64,000 nucleotides of DNA from Pelagomonas calceolata. Taxonomy: Eukaryota. The notes under the pieces are model-generated. The model was not told the DNA's origin. It made no database searches and saw only the letters and a list, made by a program, of their open reading frames with translations. This document shows, piece after piece, positions 22,414-32,354 of this stretch. The stretch spans positions 248,001 through 312,000 of the forward strand of contig CAKKNE010000002.1 in NCBI GenBank assembly GCA_918797485.1, written 5' to 3'. Both the position numbers and the translations under genes were made by a program. Position 1 is the first letter of the stretch. Every line of letters begins with the position of its first letter.

Positions 22414-24031
22414 GGAGCGGGAAGGCGATGACGTCGCGGATCGACGGCGCGTTCGCGAGGAGCATGACGAGGCGGTCGACGCCGATGCCCAGGCCGGCGG
22501 TCGGCGGCAGGCCGTGCTCGAGCGCGCCGAGGAAGTCCTCGTCGACGCCGCACGCCTCCTCGTCGCCGGCGGCCTTCTTCGCGGCCTGGGCCTCGAAGCG
22601 CGCGCGCTGGTCCACGGGGTCCGTGAGCTCCGAGAAGGCGTTCGCGAGCTCGCGGCCCACGACGAAGAGCTCGAAGCGCTCGACGAGGCCCGGCTCGGAC
22701 CGGTGCGGCTTCGCGAGCGGCGAGACCTCGACGGGGTAGTCGATGACGAACGTCGGCTGCCGCAGCGCGCCCTCGCAGAGCTCCTCGAAGCCGACGTTGA
22801 GCAGCTCGCCGACGGACCGGCCCTTGGCGCAGAGCGCCTCGGGCACGCCCTTGGCGGCGAGCGCCGCGCGCGCGCCCGCGACGTCGCCCGCCGCCTGGAG
22901 CGCGCGGAAGTCGGCGCCCGTGGCCTCGTCGACGAGGTCGCGCATCGTCGCGCGGCGCCAGGGCCGCGCGACGTCGATGGTCTCGTCGCCGTAGGGCAGC
23001 GTCGTCGACCCGACGAGCTCCGTCGCGAGGCCCTCGACGAGGCTCTCGGTGAGCTCCATCATGCTCTCGTAGTCCGCGTAGGCCTCGTAGACCTCGACGG
23101 ACGTGAACTCGGGGTTGTGCCGCGTCGACACGCCCTCGTTGCGGAAGATGCGCCCGAGCTCGTAGACGCGGTCGAAGCCGCCGACGACGAGCCGCTTCAG
23201 GTGGAGCTCCGTCGCGATGCGCAGCGTGAGGTCGAGGCCCAGCGCCGCGTGCTTCGTCTCGAAGGGCTTGGCCTCGGCGCCGCCGGGCTGCGAGTGGAGC
23301 GTCGGCGTCTCGAGCTCGAGGAAGCCGCGGTCGTCGAGGAAGCGCCGGATCCGCGACGTCGCGCGGGCGCGCAGCTCGAACGTGCGGCGCACGTCGGGGT
23401 TCGCGATGAGGTCGAGCTCGCGCTTGCGGTAGCGCGTCTGCACGTCCGTCAGGCCGCGGAACTTGTCCGGCAGCGGCGCCAGCGCCTTGGTGAGCATCTC
23501 CCAGTCGTCGACGTACACCGAGAGCTCGCCCTTCTCCGTGCGCTTGGCCGTGCCGCGCGCGCCGACGATGTCGCCGGCGTCGACCCAGTCCACGAGGTTC
23601 TTGAACGTCTTGGCCGCGTCCTCGTTCGCGTTGAGGCGCTTCTTCTCGAGGAAGAGCTGGATCTCGCCCGTCGCGTCGCGGAGGCCGAGGAAGGCCAGCT
23701 TCTTGCCGAAGACGCGCTTCGCGACGACGCGGCCCCGCACGGCCAGCCGCTCGCCCTCGGCCTCCTTGCCGTTCTCCAGCGCGGCCCACTGCGCCTGCGC
23801 CTCGGCCGCCGAGTGCGTCGCCGAGAACGCGTACGCGAACGGCTCGACGCCCGCCGCGCGCATCGCGTCCGCCTTGGCGACGCGCGTCGCGCGGAGCTCG
23901 TCGTACGCCGCCGTGACGTCGGGCTCCGCCGTCGCCGCGCCCCGCGCCGGCGCGCCCGCGCGCCGCGCCAGCGGCGCCCGCAGCGCCCGCGCGGTCCGCG
24001 CCAGCAGGAGCATGACCGTCGATCGTCGCAT
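22397..24031 (-). CDS. lysS: Lysyl-tRNA synthetase, class II, organellar
   Basis: OB fold, [70 protein letters not shown]; Arg/Ala-rich transit peptide from ATG 24031. Confidence 0.97.
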   Translation of the reverse strand: MRRSTVMLLLARTARALRAPLARRAGAPARGAATAEPDVTAAYDELRATRVAKADAMRAAGVEPFAYAFSATHSAAEAQAQWAALENGKEAEGERLAVRGRVVAKRVFGKKLAFLGLRDATGEIQLFLEKKRLNANEDAAKTFKNLVDWVDAGDIVGARGTAKRTEKGELSVYVDDWEMLTKALAPLPDKFRGLTDVQTRYRKRELDLIANPDVRRTFELRARATSRIRRFLDDRGFLELETPTLHSQPGGAEAKPFETKHAALGLDLTLRIATELHLKRLVVGGFDRVYELGRIFRNEGVSTRHNPEFTSVEVYEAYADYESMMELTESLVEGLATELVGSTTLPYGDETIDVARPWRRATMRDLVDEATGADFRALQAAGDVAGARAALAAKGVPEALCAKGRSVGELLNVGFEELCEGALRQPTFVIDYPVEVSPLAKPHRSEPGLVERFELFVVGRELANAFSELTDPVDQRARFEAQAAKKAAGDEEACGVDEDFLGALEHGLPPTAGLGIGVDRLVMLLANAPSIRDVIAFPLLKPDA

Positions 24032-24575
24032 TTGCAGAGTGACGAGTGGCAGCGCGCGGGTCTGCAGCGGTGCTCTCTTGGGTGCAGTCGCAGGTGTTTG
24101 GCAACGCGAGCACTCCCGTTCTATTTGTCTCGCGATGCGTCCACAGAGTGTGTTGCAATAGCGATCACCACTTGACAGGGTTTGCCGACCACCTTCGCGC
24201 TCTGGCCTCGCCTGGACTGCTACTGCAGCTTTTGCACGCCGGCTGGCCGCCCTCGGCGCTGGGGCTACAAGAAGTCTCGAGCGAAAATTACAGAAGCAGA
24301 GAACTGATTTAAGACGTACAAAAAAAATCGCACGGGTTTCTCCGGCCATAATCGTTTTTTTATTTTCGCCTTGCAAGAGCTCCTCGCGATTTTACTTGGC
24401 GGCAAATAGCAGTTAGTTTTTGCTTAGAGCGATACGCGCAGTAGCGCGAAGAACGCAACTGAACGAGGCGCGCTAGCGACGGCAGAGATGATCAGGCCAA
24501 ATTGGGCTGCGGCTACGGCTGCAAGATAGGTGGCGCGTGTTAAATGTACGTGTTTTGGAACGCACAAGAGTCCGC

Positions 24576-26059
24576 ATGAGTGCCGCGGCCGAGTGGCGCG
24601 CGCTCCTGCAGGAATTCCCGGCGAGGTGCGTCACCTCGGCGGCCTTACGTCGTAGGAAGCGCTGGCGGAAGAAGTGCGCCCGCCTGTGCGCCGCGCAAAA
24701 CGGGCTCCCGCCCGAGGTCCGGCGCGACGTCTGGGCGCGCATGCTGGCGGCCGCGGCCGAGGCGGCGCCGCGCATCACCGACGCCGCGCCGGCGCCGGCG
24801 CCGGCGCCGGCGAACGACGCGGCCGCGCCGCGCATCGTCGGCAGCTCGTCGCGGTCCCTCGTGCCCGCGAACGAGGACTCGCCGCGCTGGGCGCGCGCGC
24901 GCCGGCGGTCGGACGACGGCCGCATCGCCGAGAACATTCCGCGCGAGATCGCCCTCGACGTGCCGCGCACGCTGACCGGCTCCGGCTCCGCCGACGAGGC
25001 GACCGAGGACTGCGGGGCGGGCGCGAAGCGGCTGCGCCGGCTGCTCACGCACTTCGCGCGGACGGCGCCGCCGGACCAGGGCTACTGCCAGGGCCTGAAC
25101 TTCCTCGGCTCGACCCTCTTGCGCGTCTTCGACGCGAACCGCGACCCGCGTGCGACGACCGTCGACGCGCGGGGCGCCCTGGCGTTCCGCGGGCTCGTGG
25201 CGCTCGTGGCGCCGCTCTACGCGCCGGACTTCCGAGGGCTCCGGGAGCTCGTCGCCGTCGCCGGCGCCGTCCTGCCGGCGTACGCGCCGCGCCTCGCGGC
25301 GCTCCTCCGCGACGAGCTGTGTGGGAATCAAGCAGTTAGGTTATCCCGAGGAACCTCCACGCCATCGAGCAGAGGCTGTGACGGGGACAACGTCGCATCG
25401 ACGGCGTGGGGCGCCTGAAGTTTGATTTCCACACAGGCGACGAGGACCTGGACCTGATGCCGATCGTCTCGAGCTGGGTCCTGGCCCTCTTCGCCGCGAC
25501 GCCGATGCCGCCGCAGAACGTCCTCGTCTGCTGGGACCTGCTGCTCCTGGGCACGCCGAGCCGCCGCGAGCTGAGCCTCGAACGCTGCGCGGGCGGCCGG
25601 CCGCGCGACCGCGACACGGGCTCGGGCTCCGACGACGCCGCGGGCGCGCCGGCCCTGTTCGCGCGGCCGCGCGCGGCCGCGCGACGGTTCTTGCGGCTCG
25701 GGAGCATCGAGGACGCCGCGGCCGAGAAGATGGGCGCGTCGGCGAAGCGCCACGTGGTGCTGCTGCGCCTCTGCCTGGTCATGCTGCGCGTCGGCGAGGA
25801 ACGCATCGGCGACGCCGCCGACGGCCTCGACGCGCTCAGCCGCCTCGGCGCGGCCTGGTTCCCCGCGACGCCGCCGGACCTGTGCTCGCGGTTCCTCGCG
25901 TGCGAGATCCGCTCGAAGCCGATCCGCGCCGCCGCCAGGAGGCACCGGCGCGACCGGGCGCGTGAAAAACGCGCGAAGCAGGGTCTGCCTCCGCGCCCCC
26001 CCGGCGCGCTCGCGCGGCTCCGCGCCCTGCTTTCGCCGGACCCGGGCACGACGCTCTGA
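24576..26059 (+). CDS. Rab-GAP TBC-domain protein, 2 exons
   Basis: GLPPEVRRDVW, IALDVPRT, GYCQGLNFL, SSWVLALF, LVCWDLLL; spliced LR-DEDLDL. Confidence 0.85.
25309..25436 (+). mobile_element. Introner intron (128 nt, GC-AG)
   Basis: Perfect TSD GCGACGAG (25309-25316 / 25437-25444); TIR CTGTGTGGGAATCAA / TTGATTTCCACACAG. Confidence 0.95.
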
Positions 26060-26147
26060 ATTTTGCTGCTACTCTACTAACGACTACGACCATTCCTGTT
26101 CTACAATTCCACAAGCTTACAACACACACCAAAAAAGAAGAACCGAG

Positions 26148-27044
26148 TCACGTCAGGTACCACACGTCGCCGAAGCGGTCGACGGCCTTGTCCTTGCTGG
26201 GCCGCGGCTTCGACGAGAACACGCCCTTGAGCCCCTCCCAGACGCTCCGCCGCCGCGGGGGGACGGGCATGCCGCAGGGGCTCTCCCACACGACCGGCTC
26301 CTTCGGCTCGTCCGGCTCGGCGGGGGGGATGGGCATGCCGAGCGCCGCGGCCGCGTCGGCCGCGGCGGCGGCGGCGGCGGCCGCGTCGGCCAGGTCCGCG
26401 TCGTGCGCGCGGAAGAGCGCCGCCAGGGGCACGGGCTCCGCGAGGGGCGACGGCGGCGCGGGCCCGAGGGGCGGCGGCGGCGGCGCGGTCTTGATCGCGC
26501 GGCGGAGCGTCTCGACGACCTCGGCGAAGCGCGCGTCGCGGTCGCGCGAGTCCATGGCGTAGTGGCCGCCGTCGGCCATGAGCGCGACGATGTGGTCGCC
26601 GTCGACGCCGTAGACCCAGACGCCCTGCGTCGCGCCGACGCACTGGAAGAGCGGCGCGCGGATCTGCGGCGGCGCCTGCTCCCGGAGCTTGAGCAGGAGC
26701 GGGCGGTCGAGCGCCGTCGCCACGAAGCGCCGCGAGACGCGCACGGCCATGGCGACGCCGACCATGAGCTCGCGGTACTCCATCTCGCCGCCCGTCATCT
26801 TGTCGTCCAGGTCGCGCAGCTCCTTCGGGATGTCCTCGAACTCGCGGTCGTCGAAGTCGGGGTTCACCGGGTGCTGCGTCTCGCGCGGGAGCCGCGCGAT
26901 CGGCTCGCCGAAGCGCGTCGCGAGCACGGCCACGTAGACCGACGGGAACACGGTGGCCACCGTGCGCAGCGGCGCCTCGTAGTGCAGCTGGCTCGGCGTC
27001 GGCTTTTTCTTTTTCTTCGGCTTGCCTCCGCCGCAGGGGAACAT
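26148..27044 (-). CDS. Hypothetical protein with N-terminal Cys/polybasic segment
   Basis: 298-aa ORF with strong GC3 bias; starts MFPCGGGKPKKKKK; no family recognised. Confidence 0.7.
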   Translation of the reverse strand: MFPCGGGKPKKKKKPTPSQLHYEAPLRTVATVFPSVYVAVLATRFGEPIARLPRETQHPVNPDFDDREFEDIPKELRDLDDKMTGGEMEYRELMVGVAMAVRVSRRFVATALDRPLLLKLREQAPPQIRAPLFQCVGATQGVWVYGVDGDHIVALMADGGHYAMDSRDRDARFAEVVETLRRAIKTAPPPPPLGPAPPSPLAEPVPLAALFRAHDADLADAAAAAAAAADAAAALGMPIPPAEPDEPKEPVVWESPCGMPVPPRRRSVWEGLKGVFSSKPRPSKDKAVDRFGDVWYLT

Positions 27045-27586
27045 GGTTTTTCAAGCGTGCGCTGGACAGCACCTCTGAGTCCAGCACTGTGGCTGTACGC
27101 TGGCTGTAGTCGCGCGTTAATAATAGGTGCGGGCTTTCGTTGGCCGCAGTCGCGCCTGTGACGTTGTGGAAGGTGCACGAGCTCGTTGCTGCAGTCGCGT
27201 GTGTGCGCACGTTAAAAGGTGCGCGGAGCTCGTTGGCTGCAGTCACTATGTGCGCACTGGAGGTCAAATCCTCGGCAAGGGGGTTAAGTAAACCCAAGCG
27301 GCCACAGCTTGAGCAACTCTGTATATTTATAAGGTACCTTGCTAGCAAGTACCAAGTACCAAAGCGCCAGCAACAAAACAATCCGCGGGGCCCTCGGAAT
27401 ATATCACGCCAACGCAAAACTTGTGCGTGGAGGTCCGCACCGCTCGTTGGTTCTAGCGTGCATAAACCCCACCAGTGCTGACAGCTTTTAGCATTCGAGA
27501 GAGGACCTCTTAAAAGCAATCAGAATTCAGGCTTAGGCTCCTACGTCGTGGGTCCCGCTACCAGATATCATAGCTGAAGAGAAATA

Positions 27587-28827
27587 ATGTACCGCCACGC
27601 GTTCCGAGTCCTCGCCCAGCGCGCGCCGGTCGCGACGGCCGCGGCGGCGACGGCGCTCGTGGTCGCGCCGCCGAGCCGCTGCGACTGGTGGTCGTCGAAG
27701 ACGCCGTCGGCGCCCGCGCCCGCGGCGGTGGCGGCGCCGCCCGTCGTCGAACCCAAGACCGGCGTCGAGTTCCCCGCGGAGCAGGGCGGCCTCAAGCTCG
27801 CGGGCTGCGGCGTGCGCGTCTGTGTGGAAATCAAAATTTTATGGCGCGTCGACCTCCACGTCATCGACGCGACGCCTGCTCGATAGCGTGGCGGTGGTGG
27901 TTCCTCACCGCTCGACGGAGCCAGCACGGCCGCGTCATCGCCGAGAAATGACTTAGTGAAGAATTGTCGGGTGCACCCGACGCACTGTTTGATTTCCACA
28001 CAGGTGCGCGTCAAGTACGGCTTCATCAAGGTGTACGCCGTCGGCGTGTACCTGTGTGGAAATCAAATTCGGGCGCCCCACAGATGTTGTCTCCGTAGCT
28101 GCGTCTGTGCGATGGCGTGGCGATTCCACGCCATCGACGCGACGTTGTCCTTGTGGCTGCGCCGGTTCGATGGCGTGGAGGTCCACGAAGGTCCACGCAA
28201 TATTTCTCAGGATAACCTAGCTCACTGCTTGATTTCCACACAGGCGTGTACGTGTCGCCGCGCGTCGCGCTGGACAAGCGCGCGGCGTCGCCGCTCGCGG
28301 CGCTGCGGACCGCGCGCCGCGACGGCGCCGTCGTCGAGCTGCGCCTCACCATGGCGCGCGACGTCCCCAAGAAGACGTTCGTCGACGCGCTCGCCGAGCA
28401 GATCACGCCGCGCGCCGGGGCGCCCCAGAGCGACACGTTCGCCGCGGCGATCACGGGCGGCCTGCGCGACCCGACGCCCGAGGGCTCGACGACGACGATC
28501 CGGCTCGATCCCGACGGTACGATCCTGTGCGCAAATCAACCAGTGAGTCGGGTGCACTCTTACTCTGCTGCAGCGCGGCCGCGAAGACTGAATCGAGGGG
28601 CGCAAGACCCACACCGCCACGCCGTCGAGCTGGCGTCGCGTCGAGTCGCGCCGCGACAATTTGATGTACGCACAGGTACGATCTCGGTCCTCGACGACAC
28701 GGGCCTCGTCACCGCGCACGTCGTCGTGCCGGCCGTCTGCGACGCGTTCCTCGACATCTACCTCGGCGCCGACGGCATATCGCCGACGACCCTCGAGGCC
28801 GTCAAGGCCGGGCTCGAGAAGTTTTGA
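27587..28827 (+). CDS. Chalcone-isomerase-fold fatty-acid-binding protein, 4 exons
   Basis: VVEPKTGVEFP..LAGCG-VRVKYGFIKVYAVG-VYV..VCDAFLDIYLGADGISP, reconstructed by removing three introners. Confidence 0.9.
27812..28003 (+). mobile_element. Introner intron (192 nt)
   Basis: Perfect TSD GTGCGCGT; perfect TIR CTGTGTGGAAATCAAA / TTTGATTTCCACACAG; GT-AG. Confidence 0.96.
28044..28243 (+). mobile_element. Introner intron (200 nt, GC-AG)
   Basis: Perfect TSD GCGTGTAC (28044-28051 / 28244-28251); perfect 15-bp TIR. Confidence 0.96.
28517..28675 (+). mobile_element. Introner intron (159 nt, in frame and stop-free)
   Basis: Perfect TSD GTACGATC; TIR CTGTGCGCAAATCAA / TTGATGTACGCACAG; spliced PDG-TISVLDD. 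Confidence 0.93.
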
Positions 28828-28865
28828 GCGCGGCCCCCTCGGGCAGAATATAAGGTCTCGTCTGC

Positions 28866-30730
28866 TTAGGGTTCTTCACTAGTCGGCCGCGCGGCCTCGT
28901 CGTCGACGACGTCGAGCGCGGCCGATATGTGCGCCGCGGCGAGGAGCGAGTTGTCCCAGAGGTGGAAGAGGTGGAGGAGGAAGTTGTGCCGCAGGTTCTG
29001 GCCCGCGATCTCGGCCGCGTGCGCGCGCGCGAAGGCGACGACGGCCCGCGGCACGTCGCGGTCGGCCTGGATGGGCCGCGCGAAGATCCAGCGGTTCCAG
29101 AGCTTCATGAACGCCTTCTCCGGCGGCGTCACGTCCTCGAACTCGTCCAGCAGCACCTCGGCGCGCCGGAGGCGCCAGCCCTCGTCGACCTCGTCGTCGC
29201 TGTCGTAGCCGCTCTGGAGGAGCCGCGGGTGGATCGGCTGGCCCGTGCGCGCGTGGTAGTACTGGCGCGTCGGCGCGGTCGGGCGCGGCGTGCCGAGCGG
29301 CAGGTCGGCCTGCGCGCCCGCCGCGGCCGCCGCCTGGCGCACCACGTACTGGTCCTTCGAGCAGCACTTGACGACGCCCGGCGGCGGCGGCGCCGCCACG
29401 ATGAGGGGCGGCGCCGCGTCGTCGTCGTCGTCGTCGCCCGCGAGGGCCCCGGCCCGCCGCGCCGCCGCGGAGACCGCCCGCGGCGTCGCGACGACGTGGA
29501 GGCGGTCCCGGTCGTCGAGGAGGCACTCGAAGCGGAGCGCCGGGCTGTGGCTCGCGCGGAGGTGCTGCGCCAGCGCCCGGCTCGTCCCGGCCTGGAAGCC
29601 GCACCACGCGCACGCGGCCTGCGTGGACATAGACTCACCGGGCGCTCGCCGCGAAATTGGACTTCGACGCCGCGCGCGACGGCGTCGGTGCGCGACACGC
29701 GCGAGGCAAGCGCCCGCGTCGCCGCGTCCCAATACACGAGGTGGTAGAAGACGCACGCCGGCACGGCGTCGCCCGCGGGCGCGCCCGGGGGCGCCGGCGT
29801 CGGCGCGGCCGCCACGGCGCGGGCGGCCGCGAGCGACGCGGTCGTCGCGCCCGCCGGCGCGCAGGCCCACGCGGCGCCGACCCGCACCGTGTAGGCGCCG
29901 GCCGCCTTGCGCTGGGCCTTGAGCTTGACGGCTTCGAAGCCGCCGCGCGCGGCGGCGGGCGCGTCGGCGAGGCCGAGGATGCCCCGCGTCGCGTCGCCCG
30001 CGAACGTCTTGTGGACGTCGACGAGCGCGCCGTGCGACGCGCGGCCCAGCGGGCCCGGCAGGCCCGCCTGCGTCACCGCGTGCTGCTCGAGCGCCTCCTT
30101 CTCGCTGAGGGTCGCGGCCGAGAAGGTGCAGGCGTCCGGCCAGCGGAGAAAGGCGCCCTCGTCGGCGGCGCCGTCGCCCGCCGCGTCGAAGACCTGCAGC
30201 GCGACGCAGGCGCGGCGCGTGCCGTCGAGCATCGCCGACGCCTCCGTGTCGAAGCAGAGCCAGACCTCGTCGCCCGGCGGGGCCTCCTCCTGCGTCTTGC
30301 GCTTCTTCGACGCCGGGGGCTTGCTTCCGGCGCCGGCCGCCTTCTTCGACGCCGGAGGCTTGCTGCCGCCGGCGGCCGCCGGGGCGGCCGTCAGGCGCAC
30401 GGGGCGCGCGGCCTCGAGCGGCGCGAGCGTCCGCCCCCGGCGCTCGTAGAGCGTCGCGCACAGGAGCCGCGCCCCCGCCGGCGCCCCGGCCGCGCTTAGC
30501 GCCGCGGCGGGGAGCCGGAGCCGGAGGTAGCGCCCCACCGCGCGGTCGGGCGCGGGCGCGGGCGCGGCCGGGCCGCCGATCGTCGGCTGGCCGGGCACGA
30601 AACTCAGCGTGCGCCTCAAAAACAGCGGATTCTCCCGCTGGCGGCGCGCGAGGTAGGCGTGCCAGAGCGCGGCCGGCTCGTGGGCGGCGCGGTAGCGGGC
30701 GTCGTCGTCGTCTCCATTCGTGGTGGCCAT
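28866..30730 (-). CDS. SUZ12: Polycomb PRC2 subunit SUZ12/EMF2-like (C2H2 finger + VEFS box), 2 exons
   Basis: NPLFLRRTLSF, CAWC..LAQHLRASH, RQYYHARTGQP, DSDDEVD, LDEFEDVTPPEKAFMKLWN, FLLHLFHLWDNSLL. Confidence 0.9.
29619..29680 (-). mobile_element. Decayed introner intron (62 nt)
   Basis: 3' end ATGTCCACGCAG; TSD GTCGCGCG/GCCGCGTG; spliced TDA-AACAWC joins the two frames. Confidence 0.75.
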
Positions 30731-30897
30731 TTTGGCTTCCTGCTTTCGCGCTGCTCTCTTAGGCGGACGGCGTATGCGCTATCGGGTGGAGCAGCGCTGC
30801 TGCGGTGGAGCTACGGGACAGCGATGCCTTTGCTAGCAAGACTGCGCTCTATGAACCTTGCGCGCGCCGCCGCGCGAGAGCCGCTTTGCAGAGATGC

Positions 30898-30917
30898 CTA
30901 GTGTCTTACAGCGCTAG
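30898..30917. promoter_or_regulatory. CTAG-bounded upstream motif, copy 3
   Basis: CTAGTGTCTTACAGCGCTAG, about 170 nt upstream of the SUZ12 ATG. Confidence 0.55.
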
Positions 30918-31100
30918 CGCGCGGTAATGGATCGAGTTGAACGCGGGGGACGTAATAGCCCGAGCCTGACCCGGTCTCGAAGCATGTCTCGGATTGTCCT
31001 TCGGTCTGGAACCTCTCGAGTCTCGGCGGCCCGTCTTGATGACGAAAAGCAACACACGAGGACACATGCGAGTAAAAGTAAATTAACCCAAACTTAGGCC

Positions 31101-31853
31101 TCACGCGTCGGCGGCGGGCCAGCTCCCCGGCTTCTCCGTGCCGTCGAGCGCGAGCTCGCCGCAGGCCGCGATGACGACCTTCTTCGACGTCTCGCCGCCC
31201 TGCGAGCCGACCTTCTCGATCGCCTCGACGACGTCCATGCCCTCGACGACCTTGCCGAAGACGACGTGCTTGCCGTCGAGCCAGGGCGTCTTGGCCGTGC
31301 AGAGGAAGAACTGGGACCCGTTCGTGCCGGGGCCCGCGTTGGCCATGCTCAGCACGCCGGCGCCCGTGTGCTTCAGCCGGAAGTTCTCGTCCTCGAACTT
31401 CTCGCCGTAGATCGACTTGCCACCCGTGCCGTTCTGGTTCGTGAAGTCGCCGCCCTGGCACATGAAGCCGGGGATGACGCGGTGGAACGGGCAGCCCTTG
31501 TAGCCGTAGCCCGGCTCGCCCGTGCAGAGCTGCCGGAAGTTGTCGGCCGTCTTCGGCACGATGTCCTTGCGCAGCTGCATGACGATGCGGCCCGCCGCCT
31601 CGCCGTCCATCGTCACGTCGAAGAAGACCTTGGGGTTGCCGCGCACCGCCAGCGCCTGGCTCTTCGTCTTCGCGCACTGCTTCGCCATCCACGCGTCGAG
31701 GTCCGCGCGCTCCGGATGTTTTTCTTTGATTTTTTCCCCAGCCTCCCACGCTTTGACCTTGGCCGCGCGCCAGGTCTCGCAGTCGGCCTCGTCCTTAGCA
31801 GTCCAGAGGGCTTCCAGCGCCGCTTCGTCGGCGGCTGCTACCTGCTCTGCCAT
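31101..31853 (-). CDS. Cyclophilin-type peptidyl-prolyl isomerase with N-terminal extension
   Basis: [65 protein letters not shown]. Confidence 0.97.
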   Translation of the reverse strand: MAEQVAAADEAALEALWTAKDEADCETWRAAKVKAWEAGEKIKEKHPERADLDAWMAKQCAKTKSQALAVRGNPKVFFDVTMDGEAAGRIVMQLRKDIVPKTADNFRQLCTGEPGYGYKGCPFHRVIPGFMCQGGDFTNQNGTGGKSIYGEKFEDENFRLKHTGAGVLSMANAGPGTNGSQFFLCTAKTPWLDGKHVVFGKVVEGMDVVEAIEKVGSQGGETSKKVVIAACGELALDGTEKPGSWPAADA

Positions 31854-32354
31854 TTTTTTGGAGTGTTGTTGGCTTCGGGGGCGAGCGGAGGGTCGGGATC
31901 TGCCACCTGGCCCAGTGGCAACACTTTAGTTAGTAGTTATTGGCTTCGCCGAGACTGCTGTTCGTTTCGCGACTACTGACGATGACACGCTGCAAATGCA
32001 ATTTTACAGCAGGCTGCGTGAAGGCGTTTAGACCTCGATCGAGACCGCGTACCTCGAGGTATGCATAGAGCTAGGGGGGGGTTTCAGGTCGGAATAGATA
32101 TGCGGCGTTTTGGTTAACTTTTCCGTGGCCCGTGGCGTCGAGGCAATTCTCTTAGACGGAAGTGTGCTATTAAGAAAGTACGACCCGCCACCGACGAACC
32201 GGCAAAGCGCGGCCGCCGCGCGAAACCGTCGAATGTCGAAAGCCGCGCCCGGGCACCAGTCTCATCACGATGGTTTTCGTGAAATACTTGTATAGGTATG
32301 TCCGAAGACAGGCGCGCATATATTCTTTTCGATTGAAGTACACACTACTACTAC

